Source: Candidatus Latescibacterota bacterium | GTDB taxonomy: Bacteria; Latescibacterota; UBA2968; GCA-2709665 | Direction: 5' to 3' | DNA length: 64,000 bases | Assembly: GCA_965226795.1 (NCBI GenBank) | Contig: CBDDDZ010000003.1 | Coordinates: forward strand, 96,001 to 160,000 | Shown here: positions 1 through 10,045 of the stretch, in pieces | Position numbering within the stretch: the first letter of the stretch is position 1 | Layout: the number at the start of each line of letters is the position of its first letter | Notes under the pieces: model-generated | The model's input: the letters and a program-made list of their open reading frames with translations, nothing else | What the model was told of the DNA's origin: nothing | The model's database searches: none | Program-made: the position numbers and the translations under genes

Positions 1-627
1 CTGCCGCTCGAGGCCTGGAACGTGGATCTGGCGGTAACGGCTTCCCAGAAAGGGCTGATGCTGCCTCCCGGGATGGGGTTCGTGGCGGTGGGGCCGCGGG
101 CCTGGAAAGCACGCGCGCGCTCCCGGCTTCCGAAGTACTACTGGGATCTGGAACGATACAGGACGTCGCTTGCCCAGGGTCGTGCGCCGGCCACGCTGCC
201 GGTTACGCTCCTCGAGGGGCTTCGGGCGGCTCTACAGATGCTCCGGGAGGAGGGCATCCCGCAGGTCTGGGCGCGGCATGCCCGGCATGCGCTGGCGGTG
301 CGGAGATCCGCGGCGGCGCTTGGACTGACCTGTTTCGCGCGGCGGCCTTCGAACGCGCTGACCGCGATCGTCCTGCCCGAAAATGTGGATGGCCTCGCAT
401 TAATGGAATGTATGCGGCGAGAATTCGGCGTCGTGGTCGGCGGCGGGCTGGGAGATTACAGGGGCCGTATGGTGCGGGTATCCAACCTGGGACACGTGGA
501 CGATGCAGGTATTCTGGAGGCTGTGTCGGCGCTTGAATGCGGTCTGCAGGAGACCGGATGGGTTTTTGACGCGGGTGCGGGTGTAAAGGCCGCGCAACGC
601 GAGCTAAACGCGAACAGGGAATCATGA
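1..627 (+). CDS. Class V PLP-dependent aminotransferase (serine-pyruvate/alanine-glyoxylate type), 5'-truncated by the window edge
   Basis: Frame is open from base 1. TASQKGLMLPPG carries the PLP lysine motif; YYWDL and RVSNLG are also present. Overlaps the serA start (ATGA). Confidence 0.88.
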   Translation: MPLEAWNVDLAVTASQKGLMLPPGMGFVAVGPRAWKARARSRLPKYYWDLERYRTSLAQGRAPATLPVTLLEGLRAALQMLREEGIPQVWARHARHALAVRRSAAALGLTCFARRPSNALTAIVLPENVDGLALMECMRREFGVVVGGGLGDYRGRMVRVSNLGHVDDAGILEAVSALECGLQETGWVFDAGAGVKAAQRELNANRES

Positions 628-2210
628 AGCGGGTTCTGATCGCAGATACGTTGTCTCATGGCTGGCAGAACGTGTTCGCGGATGCCCCGGATGTCCTGGT
701 GGACGTCCGGACAGGGCGTTCGCCGGAAGCGCTGGCGCGTGCAATCGGCCCGTATGACGGGCTGATCATTCGAAGCGAAACCCAGGTGAACCGGGAGTTG
801 CTGGATGCGGCGCGGCGGCTGCGCGTGGTGGGCCGCGCGGGAGTCGGAGTAGACAATATCGACATCGGCGCCGCGACGGAGCGGGGCGTGGTGGTGGTGC
901 ATTCGCCCGGAGGAAATACGATTGCCACGGCCGAGCATACGGTGGGGATGTTGCTGGCGCTGAGCCGCAACATTCCACAGGCGACCGCTTCGTTGAAGCG
1001 TGGGGCGTGGGAACGGAAGTCCTATACCGGTGTGGAGTTGAACGGGAAGGTGCTGGGCATTATCGGCGTGGGGCGGGTGGGACAGCATGTCGCCAGCCTG
1101 GCCAGGGCCCTGGGGATGACGACCCTGGGTTACGATCCCTTTCTCTCCGACCAGATGGCGTCCAGATTCCAGGTGAGGCTGACGTCTCTGGAAGAGATAT
1201 TCGCGGCGTCGGACTATATTACGCTCCATACGCCATTGATGGAGGCCACCCGGCATCTGATTTCGGCGGCGTCACTGGAGAAATGCAAACCCGGCGTGCG
1301 CATTCTCAACTGCGCGCGGGGCGGGCTGGTCGACGAGGCGGCGCTCCTGAACGCGATTGAAACGGGCAAGGTGATCGGAGCGGCGCTGGACGTATACGAG
1401 CAGGAACCCCCGCCTAAGGATCATCCGCTCCTGCGGCGGCGCGAGGTGATCTGCACGCCGCATCTGGCCGCTTCAACCCTGGAGGCGCAGGAGCGCGTGG
1501 CGCGCCAGATCGCGCAGGATGTCGTGGAGGTCCTGATGGACAGGCCAGCCCAGCGTGCGGTGAATATGCCTTCGGTGGATCCGTCGCTTTACGAGGACAT
1601 CCGTCCGTATTTGCTGCTGGCCGAGAAGGTGGGTGCGTTGCAGGCTCAGTTAAGCCGGGGCAATCTGCGCCGAATTGCGATCGAGTATCACGGGGATATG
1701 TTGGAATTCGCAACGTCACCGATGACGGCAGCGGTCTTGAAGGGGGCCATTACGAATCTGACGGATGAACTCGTGACGTACGTAAACGCCCCTCTCTTCG
1801 CGCAAAAGCGCGGGGTGAAGATAGACGAGACACGGAGCAGCGCCCACAAGGACTATACCAATCTGATGACGGTGGATTACGAAACCTCGGCGGGTAAAAC
1901 ATCGATATCGGCCACCGTATTCGGCAGCAGCGACGCCCGGGTCGTGCGTATCGACCCGTTCGAGGTGAAGGCCAAACTGGAAGGCGACATGCTGTTCTGC
2001 TGCAACCGGGACGTACCCGGCGTGGTGGGCTGGATCGGGTCGCTGCTGGCCGAAGAGAAACTCAATATCGCCGATATGGCGCTGGGGCGAGACAACCGGG
2101 GCGGGCAGGCCATCATGGTAATCAGCCTGGATTCACCGGCAACGGATGCCGTGCTGAATCGTATCGCGGATTCGCCTCAGTTTCTGTGGGCAAGGAAGGC
2201 GAAGTTTTAA
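624..2210 (+). CDS. serA: D-3-phosphoglycerate dehydrogenase
   Basis: GRAGVGVDNID, GIIGVGRVG, NCARGGLVDE and TPHLAAST motifs; C-terminal ASB and ACT domains; 528 aa. Confidence 0.96.
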   Translation: MKRVLIADTLSHGWQNVFADAPDVLVDVRTGRSPEALARAIGPYDGLIIRSETQVNRELLDAARRLRVVGRAGVGVDNIDIGAATERGVVVVHSPGGNTIATAEHTVGMLLALSRNIPQATASLKRGAWERKSYTGVELNGKVLGIIGVGRVGQHVASLARALGMTTLGYDPFLSDQMASRFQVRLTSLEEIFAASDYITLHTPLMEATRHLISAASLEKCKPGVRILNCARGGLVDEAALLNAIETGKVIGAALDVYEQEPPPKDHPLLRRREVICTPHLAASTLEAQERVARQIAQDVVEVLMDRPAQRAVNMPSVDPSLYEDIRPYLLLAEKVGALQAQLSRGNLRRIAIEYHGDMLEFATSPMTAAVLKGAITNLTDELVTYVNAPLFAQKRGVKIDETRSSAHKDYTNLMTVDYETSAGKTSISATVFGSSDARVVRIDPFEVKAKLEGDMLFCCNRDVPGVVGWIGSLLAEEKLNIADMALGRDNRGGQAIMVISLDSPATDAVLNRIADSPQFLWARKAKF

Positions 2211-2289
2211 ATGTCGGTGAGAAGGTAGACATAAGACGTCAGAGGACCACACCCGACCCCAACGGCCCTTCGCGCTTTGCCTCGTCTCA

Positions 2290-2612
2290 CGTCTCCCGTC
2301 TTCCCTCTAACGGCTTTTTTGGAACTGCGTTCCGGGCAGACACATGCTCCTGCTTTTCCTTCAACCTTCATTTTTCCTTTGTCCTTTTTCTTGCTTCGCC
2401 CAAGAAAAAGGACGAAAAAGAAGGGCGCCTGCCTGCCGAGCACGGCTCGGCGCAGGCAGGCCGCTCAGACGCCGCGGGGCTGCTTTTCCGCGAACTACCC
2501 TTACGATGGAAATCCGGGGTTGTGCCCTGCAACGTTCTTAGAACTCCCCGAGTGACGGTGGTGAACGGAATAGCGCGGAAAAGCCCCCTCTTCACCGCCG
2601 GGCGGGCGTGAG
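2290..2612 (+). repeat. Structured intergenic repeat, copy A
   Basis: Aligns by eye with the reverse complement of 28563-28849. Shared blocks are GGAACTGCGTTCCGGGC, the GTCCTTTTTCTT...AAGAAAAAGGAC hairpin and the TTTTCCRCG...CGCGGAAAA long stem. Confidence 0.8.
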
Positions 2613-2663
2613 GTAGACCGCGAAGGACCGTTGCACCGATTTGCGGTGTTGCCGCGCGGAAGG

Positions 2664-2688
2664 TGGGCGGTTCTCGAACCGCCCCTAC
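2664..2688 (-). repeat. Single REP-like palindrome (GTAG-GGGCGGTTCGAGAACCGCCC)
   Basis: GTAG tetranucleotide followed by a GC-rich hairpin on the minus strand, the architecture of RAYT-associated REPs. Confidence 0.6.
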
Positions 2689-2848
2689 AAAAACCGGACA
2701 TCCGCGAATGGACATCGCGGGTCCGTATCGTAAGACGGGTTTAGCTGACCGCTGTACGCTGACATCTGACCTTGAGACCAGAACAATGAATGAAAAAGCG
2801 ACTGTTTCTGTTAATATCACACTCTGCATTGCATTGAGGAGATAGATC

Positions 2849-4129
2849 ATGTCCGTGCGCATTGTGCTGGGCGCACAGTGGGGAGATGAAGGCAAGGCCA
2901 AGGTGGTGGATTACATGACGGCGGACTCGGACGTCGTGGTGCGGTTCCAGGGGGGCGCCAATGCGGGACATACCATCAAGGCGGGCGATCTGGAGTTCGT
3001 GTTTCATCTCCTCCCTGCCGGGATTGTGCATCCCGACAAGACCTGTGTGATCGGCAACGGGGTGGTGATGGATCCCGAGGCGCTGTTCCAGGAGGTGGAG
3101 GAACTGGAGTCGAAGGGCGTTTCCATCGCGAACCGGCTGTTCGTGAGTCCGAATACCCACCTGGTCATGCCGTATCACAAACGCGTCGAACAGGCCAGCG
3201 AGGCAAAGGTCGGGGCGGACGCGATCGGGACCACGCTCCGGGGCATTGGTCCGTGTTACCAGGACAAGGTCAATCGGTCTTCCGGCATTCGCGTGGGAGA
3301 CCTGCTCGATGCGGATGCACTGCCTGGCAAGGTGCGGGAAAACGTGCGCCAGAAAAACGAGACACTCAGAAACGTATACGGGCAGGACGGTCTGGATGCG
3401 GTGCCCATCATCGAGGCGTATATGGCGTTCGGCGAGCGTCTGGCGCCCTTCGTGACGGATACGTCCGTTTACCTCAACGATATGATCGACGCGGGCAAGG
3501 ACGTCCTGTTCGAAGGATCCCAGGGCACGTTGCTGGATATCGATCACGGGACGTATCCTTTTGTGACGTCTTCGAATACGACGGCGGGCGGCGCATGCAC
3601 GGGCGCCGGTATCGGGCCCACACGCATTACCGAGGTCATCGGGGTGGTGAAGGCTTATACGACGCGAGTGGGCAATGGACCGTTTCCCACGGAACTGACC
3701 GGCGCTATCGGAGATCGGATTCGGGAGATCGGACACGAGTACGGGGCAACCACGGGCCGGCCGAGGCGGTGCGGCTGGCTGGATGCCGTCATTCTGAGGT
3801 TTGCCGCGAGGGTGAACGGGCTGTCCGGAATCGCGGTGACCAGGCTGGACATACTGGATCCTCTGGAAGAGATCCGGATCTGCACCCACTATATATGCCG
3901 GGGAACGCGGTTGGAACACTTCCCGAGCGACGTGAAGGTACTGGCGGAATGCCGGCCTGTGTACGAAACGATGCCGGGGTGGAGGGCGCCCACCAGCAAC
4001 GTGCGGCGATGGGAGGACCTTCCGGAAAATGCGAGGCGGTACCTGGACAGAATTCAGGAGTTGAGCCGCACCCCCATTGCCATGGTGTCCGTGGGACCGG
4101 ATCGCAAGGAGACGATTGCCGTGGACTGA
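2849..4129 (+). CDS. purA: Adenylosuccinate synthetase
   Basis: GAQWGDEGK, GGANAGHT, GTYPFVTSS and GATTGRPRRCGWLD motifs; RBS GAGGAG. Confidence 0.98.
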   Translation: MSVRIVLGAQWGDEGKAKVVDYMTADSDVVVRFQGGANAGHTIKAGDLEFVFHLLPAGIVHPDKTCVIGNGVVMDPEALFQEVEELESKGVSIANRLFVSPNTHLVMPYHKRVEQASEAKVGADAIGTTLRGIGPCYQDKVNRSSGIRVGDLLDADALPGKVRENVRQKNETLRNVYGQDGLDAVPIIEAYMAFGERLAPFVTDTSVYLNDMIDAGKDVLFEGSQGTLLDIDHGTYPFVTSSNTTAGGACTGAGIGPTRITEVIGVVKAYTTRVGNGPFPTELTGAIGDRIREIGHEYGATTGRPRRCGWLDAVILRFAARVNGLSGIAVTRLDILDPLEEIRICTHYICRGTRLEHFPSDVKVLAECRPVYETMPGWRAPTSNVRRWEDLPENARRYLDRIQELSRTPIAMVSVGPDRKETIAVD

Positions 4130-4410
4130 TCGCGTATCGGGATTGCGCGTCCATGCCGTTCGTGATGCGCGTGTGCCGCGCATGACAGTCGGTTCGGAGA
4201 GGTCTTGCCATGCAGGATGGTCCGGATGTCTCCAATTTCAGACTCCGGTGATATGGGTTGACCCCCGGGGGAAGTTTGTTATATTTCGAACAATGTTCTG
4301 TCCCTGAAATAGATTGCCTGAATTCGGAAGAATGGTGACATATTTTCGGGACAGGGCATCAGAATCAGTGGAACGACCGAATGCAGCCGACGGCAGAGAG
4401 GGGTTAAAGG

Positions 4411-4992
4411 ATGGGCGCCGCGTTCCTGGACAAGGAAGCGCTGATAGCCAGGGCGAAAACAACCGGGGATCTGTCGGGAGAAGATCTGACGGGGGTCGAT
4501 TTTGAAGGAGAGGATCTCTCCGGCGTCGATTTTTCTGGCGCGATACTGGACAACGCCAGGTTCAGAGACGCAACACTCCTGGAGACGAGGTTTCACAACG
4601 CGAGCATGAAGGGAGCCGACCTCAGTGGTGCAAAAATGAGAGGGGCGTATCTGGTCGCCGCCGATCTCCTGGGCGCGAACCTTTCGGGCGCGGTGATGGA
4701 CGACGCGTTTCTTTCGGGCGCGGTACTCGGAGGCGCGAATTTCACGCGCGCGAGTCTGAAGCGCGCTCGCCTGGGTGTGGTGCATGCGTCCTTCCCGAAT
4801 CCCTCGGGGCGGCCAACGAGTTTCAGGAACGCCGATCTGGAAGCGGCGGTGGTGGGCGCGACGGATTTCCGGGGAACGGATTTGCGGGGCGCCAATCTGG
4901 ATGGCGCATTCCTGTACGAGGCGCGCCTGCGCGGGGCGATTGTGGACAAGAGACAGTTTGAGACAGCCGTTACACGGGCGGAATCGTATTAG
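4411..4992 (+). CDS. Pentapeptide repeat protein
   Basis: A(D/N)LxG-type pentapeptide repeats throughout 193 aa. Confidence 0.9.
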   Translation: MGAAFLDKEALIARAKTTGDLSGEDLTGVDFEGEDLSGVDFSGAILDNARFRDATLLETRFHNASMKGADLSGAKMRGAYLVAADLLGANLSGAVMDDAFLSGAVLGGANFTRASLKRARLGVVHASFPNPSGRPTSFRNADLEAAVVGATDFRGTDLRGANLDGAFLYEARLRGAIVDKRQFETAVTRAESY

Positions 4993-5013
4993 AAAACGGA
5001 AGTGATTTTTGTT

Positions 5014-6036
5014 ATGGCGGACGTTGCGACTGACAGACTGGGCAGACCGCTCAGAGACCTTCGGATTTCGGTAACGGACCGGTGCAATTTCAGGTGTCCG
5101 TATTGTATGCCGGCCGAGGTCTTTGGAGAAAATTACACGTTCCTGCCCAGAGCGGAAATTTTAACGTTCGAGGAAATCGAACGGCTGGTGTGGCTTTTTG
5201 TGGGTCTCGGGGTGCGAAAGATCCGGATCACCGGCGGAGAGCCCCTGCTCCGGCGGGAAATCGAAGCGCTAATCAGGCGCCTGGCGGCGGTCGACGGCAT
5301 CGAAGATCTCACGCTTACGACCAACGGCTACCTGCTGCCGAAAAAGGCCGGAGAACTCAAGGCAGCGGGGTTGCACAGAATTACGGTCAGTCTGGATTCC
5401 CTGGACGAGGACGTATTCGAACTGTTGAACGGGAGAGGCTATCACGTATCTCAGGTACTGGAGGGGATCCGGGAGGCTGAAGCGGCGGGGTTTTCTCCGC
5501 TGAAGATCAACGCGGTGATTCAGCGCGGGGTAAATGACCATACCATCGTGGATCTCGCCAGACATTTCTATGGTACAGGGCATATCGTCCGGTTTATCGA
5601 GTATATGGACGTGGGCAACCGGAATGGTTGGCGCCTGGATCAGGTGGTTCCCGCGGCCGAGATCGTGCAGCGCATCCATGAGGAAATGCCGGTAACTGCC
5701 ATTGCGCCGAATTACCCGGGTGAGGTCGCTCGGCGGTTCCGATATCTGGACGGGAGCGGGGAGATCGGCGTAATCGCCTCCGTCACGCAACCGTTCTGCG
5801 GCGACTGTACGCGGGCGAGGCTATCCACCGACGGAAAGGTGTATACCTGTTTGTTTGCAGAGACGGGCATGGATCTCAGAGGACCCTTGCGAGACGGGGC
5901 GAGCAACGACGAACTTCTCGCGACGATCTCGGAAATATGGGAAGGCCGCGAGGACCGATATTCCGAACTGAGGACGGCCTCGACGTCCGAAATGCCGTCA
6001 TTCTCCAAGGTGGAAATGTACCAGATTGGAGGATAA
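5014..6036 (+). CDS. moaA: GTP 3',8-cyclase (molybdopterin biosynthesis)
   Basis: RISVTDRCNFRCPYC radical SAM motif, FCGDCTRARL and C-terminal MYQIGG. Start ATG 5014 chosen over GTG 5002. Confidence 0.97.
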   Translation: MADVATDRLGRPLRDLRISVTDRCNFRCPYCMPAEVFGENYTFLPRAEILTFEEIERLVWLFVGLGVRKIRITGGEPLLRREIEALIRRLAAVDGIEDLTLTTNGYLLPKKAGELKAAGLHRITVSLDSLDEDVFELLNGRGYHVSQVLEGIREAEAAGFSPLKINAVIQRGVNDHTIVDLARHFYGTGHIVRFIEYMDVGNRNGWRLDQVVPAAEIVQRIHEEMPVTAIAPNYPGEVARRFRYLDGSGEIGVIASVTQPFCGDCTRARLSTDGKVYTCLFAETGMDLRGPLRDGASNDELLATISEIWEGREDRYSELRTASTSEMPSFSKVEMYQIGG

Positions 6037-6082
6037 CGGACAGGAGCCGCATACGAAGCTCATGCGCACGGCCTGTCAGTCC

Positions 6083-6105
6083 ACGCCCCGCCGGGGCGTC
6101 TTTTT
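6083..6105 (+). terminator. Intrinsic terminator after moaA
   Basis: ACGCCCC-GCC-GGGGCGT followed by CTTTTT. Confidence 0.65.
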
Positions 6106-6251
6106 CAGTAACGAGAGGCTGTCGTCTCTCGTTTTTCGTTGACAGTATTTCCATTCGTCCTATTTTTTATATTCATATTTAGTATATTCTTGATCGGAAT
6201 ACTCAACAATTGGGCTCGCCTCAAAAAAAACTGCTGAAAGATATTTTAACC

Positions 6252-6659
6252 ATGAAGGGCAAAATAAGCATTGTCACACTGCTCGTCGCCGACCTGAAAA
6301 AATCCATATCGTTCTATCGGGACGGCCTTGGATTCCCCATGGACAACGCGGATGACGACCCGAGTATCGCCTTCTTCCCGCTGGAGGGTACGTGGCTCGC
6401 GCTGTATCCGGACGAGCGGTTTGCAGGCGAGGGTGTTGGCAACGCCGGGGCGGCCGGGGACGCGCCCCGTTTCACGCTCGCGCACAATGTGAAAACAAAA
6501 AAGGAAGTCGATTCCGCGGTACGGCTGGCGGCTTCCGCGGGCGCGCAGGTACTCAAGGAGCCGCAGGAGGTCTTCTGGGGTGGCTACTCCGGCTACATTG
6601 CGGACCCGGACGGACACCTCTGGGAAATTGCATACAACCCGTTCATGGATCTGACCTGA
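6252..6659 (+). CDS. VOC/glyoxalase-bleomycin resistance family protein
   Basis: VTLLVADLKKSISFY, FWGGYSGYIADPDGHLWEIAYNP. Confidence 0.92.
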   Translation: MKGKISIVTLLVADLKKSISFYRDGLGFPMDNADDDPSIAFFPLEGTWLALYPDERFAGEGVGNAGAAGDAPRFTLAHNVKTKKEVDSAVRLAASAGAQVLKEPQEVFWGGYSGYIADPDGHLWEIAYNPFMDLT

Positions 6660-6815
6660 ACCGGGCTCAATTACATTAATTCCTGTATGTCACGGATATT
6701 CTGGCGGCCGTGCGGATTATTCCACAAGTAAAGCGGGATGGCGGGCGTTCCCGAACGTGCGGAACCCGGAACGCAGGAACGGGCGCTCGGAGTATACCGT
6801 TTCCGGATAATTTCG

Positions 6816-6844
6816 TTGACTTCACCGGGTGAGTTCAATAGATT
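6816..6844 (+). promoter_or_regulatory. Sigma70-like promoter of the reductase gene, overlapped by an imperfect palindrome
   Basis: TTGACT-17 nt-TAGATT; the -35 and spacer form the dyad TTGACTTCACC-G-GGTGAGTTCAA. Confidence 0.5.
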
Positions 6845-6896
6845 AACCGTCTGATCCTTGCGGTCGCCTTTGCAATCGAAAACAGGAGGCGTTGCC

Positions 6897-9152
6897 ATGT
6901 CTGAATCTACAACCTGGAAGGAAGTTCTCGCGGATCGCACACCCGACGAAATGGGCCGGGAAGTGGATATATTCGCCACGCAAATCGAACTGCGGAAACA
7001 GGGCAAAATCGAAGATACCGTTTTTGCGGAGACCCGGTTGCGCCGGGGGGTTTACGGGCAGCGTTACGATAACGGCAAACGGTTCGACGGGAGCAACACG
7101 CAGGTTCTGGATTTCCCCAGCGGGGACCTGGTGAAGGGGCCGGATACGGTGTGGGATGCGCCGGGGATGCAGCGGATCAAAATTCCGTTCGGGGGTCTGA
7201 CCGCGGATCAACTGGATATGCTGGCCGACGTGGCGGAGGAGTATTCGGACGTGATCCTGCACATTACCACACGCCAGGATGTCCAGTTGCATTACGTACA
7301 CATCGAGGATACGCCGGATCTGATGTACCGCCTGGCGTCGGTGGGCATCACAACCCGCGAAGCCTGCGGCAATACGGTGCGGAACGTAACGGCCTGCCCT
7401 CTTTCCGGGGTCTGCCGGACGGAGACGTTCGACGTGACGCCCTATGCCCGGGCGTGCTCCAATTTCCTGCTGGGGCACAAAGACGCGCAGGACTTCGGCC
7501 GGAAGTTCAAAATCGCCTTTTCAGGATGCGAACACGAGGCCTGCGGCCTTGCAAACATGCACGATATCGGCGCCATTGCGGTAACAAAGACAGTGGACGG
7601 AAGGGAGAAACGCGGGTTCAGATTCTACGTTGGCGGCGGGTTGGGCGCCGTACCGCACCCGGCAAAGCTGTTCGAGGAATTCCTGCCGGAAGAGGAGCTT
7701 CTACCCGTGTCGCAGGCGATCTCTCGCGTGTTCGCGCGCCTCGGCCAGAAACGGAACCGGGCACGCGCGCGGCTGAAATTCCTGATCGCCAAGCTGGGCC
7801 TGGAGGAGTTCAAGCGCCTGGTGGAGGAGGAACGGAAAGTGATTCCAGACGACCCCGAATGGACGGCGTTTCTTTCGGATCTCCACGCCTACGACGAGAA
7901 GCCGCTGAAGATCGCACAGCCAATGAACGGGGCCGCCGTTGCCAATGGTTTTGAGGAGTGGGCGCGAACCAACGTATATCAGCAGCGTCAACACGGCTAC
8001 GCGGTGGTTACGGTAACGCTGCCGCTCGGCGACCTCACGTCCAACCAGACGCGGGCCCTCGCCGATATTTCAAGACGATTCGTGAACGATACGATCCGCG
8101 CCACGGTGGAGCAGAACATCGTGTTGCGATGGGTGAGCGATGCGGACCTCCCCGAACTCTACAATGCGCTTGCCAAGATCGGCTTGAATGAACCCGGCGC
8201 CGGGACGATCGTTGACGTAACGGCCTGCCCGGGAACGGATACCTGCAAGCTGGGCATTGCCTCGTCCCGCGGACTGGCCGGCGAACTGCGCACGCGCCTG
8301 GCCGAAGAGGGCCTGGAAATGGATGCCGCCGTGGAAGCGCTCCGAATAAAGGTCAGCGGCTGCTTCAACTCGTGCGGACAACATCACGTTGCGGATCTGG
8401 GGTTCTACGGCATCAGCCGCAAGGTGGGCGGCTTCACGGTGCCTCATTTTCAGGTGGTTCTGGGGGGTCAGTGGTCCGGTAACGCCGCGTCCTTCGGGCT
8501 GGCCATGGGGGCTGTCCCTTCCAAGCGGATCCCCGACGTGGTGGCGCGTATCAGCCAGAGCTATATTCAGGGGCGAACCGGAGGTGAGAGTTTCCAGGAA
8601 TACATCCGGCGGATCGGCAAGGTACAGGTGAAGCGCATGCTCGACGACCTCACCGACGTGCCGCCCTATGAGATCGACTCCTCATATTATATGGATTGGG
8701 GAGACAGCCGGGTGTTCACAACGGGAGACATGGGGAAGGGCGAGTGCGCCGGCGAGGTGGTGCCGCTGGTCCAGTTCGAACTTTCCAGTTGCGAGCGGGA
8801 GGCCTTCGACGCCCAGGTGCTGCTGGATAACGGCCAATATGAAACGGCTTATAAACAGGCATACAGCGCAATGGTTCACGCCGCCAAGGCCCTGGTAAAA
8901 TCGCAATTCCTGGATGTTCCGGAAGATCCGGATATCATCGTATCGGAATTTCGCACCCGCATCGTCGATACCGGGCTGTTGCACGACAATCCTGTAACCC
9001 GTGGCAAGTTTGCCAACTATCTCTTTCGTGCCCAGGGGCGCAACGTTGAATCCTACAGCGAAGACCTGGCGCACCGGTTCATCGAGGAAACGCAGCTCTT
9101 TATCGAAGCGGCATATGCCTGCTACGGGCGGATGAACGTTGTCAACAATTAG
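6897..9152 (+). CDS. Ferredoxin-dependent nitrite/sulfite reductase (siroheme-4Fe4S) with a C-terminal HEPN-like helical extension
   Basis: HITTRQDVQLH, RKFKIAFSGC, ACPGTDTCKLG and SGCFNSCGQH motifs. The C-terminal AYKQAYSAMVHAAKAL segment resembles HEPN. RBS AGGAGG. Confidence 0.92.
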   Translation: MSESTTWKEVLADRTPDEMGREVDIFATQIELRKQGKIEDTVFAETRLRRGVYGQRYDNGKRFDGSNTQVLDFPSGDLVKGPDTVWDAPGMQRIKIPFGGLTADQLDMLADVAEEYSDVILHITTRQDVQLHYVHIEDTPDLMYRLASVGITTREACGNTVRNVTACPLSGVCRTETFDVTPYARACSNFLLGHKDAQDFGRKFKIAFSGCEHEACGLANMHDIGAIAVTKTVDGREKRGFRFYVGGGLGAVPHPAKLFEEFLPEEELLPVSQAISRVFARLGQKRNRARARLKFLIAKLGLEEFKRLVEEERKVIPDDPEWTAFLSDLHAYDEKPLKIAQPMNGAAVANGFEEWARTNVYQQRQHGYAVVTVTLPLGDLTSNQTRALADISRRFVNDTIRATVEQNIVLRWVSDADLPELYNALAKIGLNEPGAGTIVDVTACPGTDTCKLGIASSRGLAGELRTRLAEEGLEMDAAVEALRIKVSGCFNSCGQHHVADLGFYGISRKVGGFTVPHFQVVLGGQWSGNAASFGLAMGAVPSKRIPDVVARISQSYIQGRTGGESFQEYIRRIGKVQVKRMLDDLTDVPPYEIDSSYYMDWGDSRVFTTGDMGKGECAGEVVPLVQFELSSCEREAFDAQVLLDNGQYETAYKQAYSAMVHAAKALVKSQFLDVPEDPDIIVSEFRTRIVDTGLLHDNPVTRGKFANYLFRAQGRNVESYSEDLAHRFIEETQLFIEAAYACYGRMNVVNN

Positions 9153-9279
9153 CGTCAGTTACCCGGAATATTTCAACATGCTTCCACCGGTTCACCCCGT
9201 CTCGCTGCGTTGAGTTCGTTGAGCTTGTCGAAACGCGCGTGCCGCCGGAAATGATTTTCCTGATTTACGTTTCAGACCT

Positions 9280-9861
9280 ATGAACGCATATCGAATTCAG
9301 ATCAAATTCTACCTCGAGAGCGGTCACGATGTGGCGCCCGATACATGGTTCCGGGTGTTTAACACCTGGATTCCCGAGACCAGAGACGAGGTACTCGTGG
9401 ATGTGGCGGATTATAGCCACGTTCATCGAGGGCCGGTCACCCTTCTGGTCGGACACGAGGCGAATTATAGCATCGACCGTACAGACGGCAAAACTGGGCT
9501 CCTTTATGACCGCAAGCAGCCGTCCGACGGAAACTTCGCGGACCGGCTCCTTGAGGCTTTCGTTTCGACGCTGAAGGCCTGCCACAAGCTCGAACGGGAC
9601 TCTATACTGGCCGGAGCCGCGAAATTCAGGACCGATGAGGTCCTCATCGCGTTGAACGACAGGTTGGCGGCCCCCAATTCAGAGGAAACGCATGCCGCCG
9701 TTCAGGGGGACCTGATCCGCGTGCTGGGAAAACTGTATGATGGCGCCGACGTTGCCATCGAGCGCGATGCAAACCCAAAGCGGCGATTCACCCTCAAAAT
9801 CAGTTCAGACAACCGGAAAAGCGTCGCTGACTTGCTCACGCATCTCAATGGGGATTGTTGA
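9280..9861 (+). CDS. Hypothetical protein downstream of the reductase
   Basis: 193-aa ORF with natural composition, co-oriented in the cluster; no family recognised. Confidence 0.75.
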   Translation: MNAYRIQIKFYLESGHDVAPDTWFRVFNTWIPETRDEVLVDVADYSHVHRGPVTLLVGHEANYSIDRTDGKTGLLYDRKQPSDGNFADRLLEAFVSTLKACHKLERDSILAGAAKFRTDEVLIALNDRLAAPNSEETHAAVQGDLIRVLGKLYDGADVAIERDANPKRRFTLKISSDNRKSVADLLTHLNGDC

Positions 9862-9872
9862 CTTTTTGAGGC

Positions 9873-9900
9873 TTGACAAACGTCAAGAAAGTTCTATATT
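9873..9900 (+). promoter_or_regulatory. Promoter with an FNR/CRP-like palindrome at the -35
   Basis: TTGAC-AAAC-GTCAA dyad (9873-9886) overlaps TTGACA-16 nt-TATATT. Confidence 0.45.
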
Positions 9901-10045
9901 TCGGATGAGGATGGCGTGGCTGGGAGGTAGACTTCGTGAGAACTTACGATATCCGTTTTTTTCGGCGGATTGAATTTCACGAGCCTGTGTTCAATGTTCA
10001 AAAACAAGCGACGTGTAGACTGACTCAAGGAAAGGGGTGAATAGG

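Noticed and set aside
2186..2901. Several ORFs in the serA-purA gap, and similar ones at 28665-29092
   Set aside because: They translate the low-complexity repeat (F/K-rich); no RBS or family signal.
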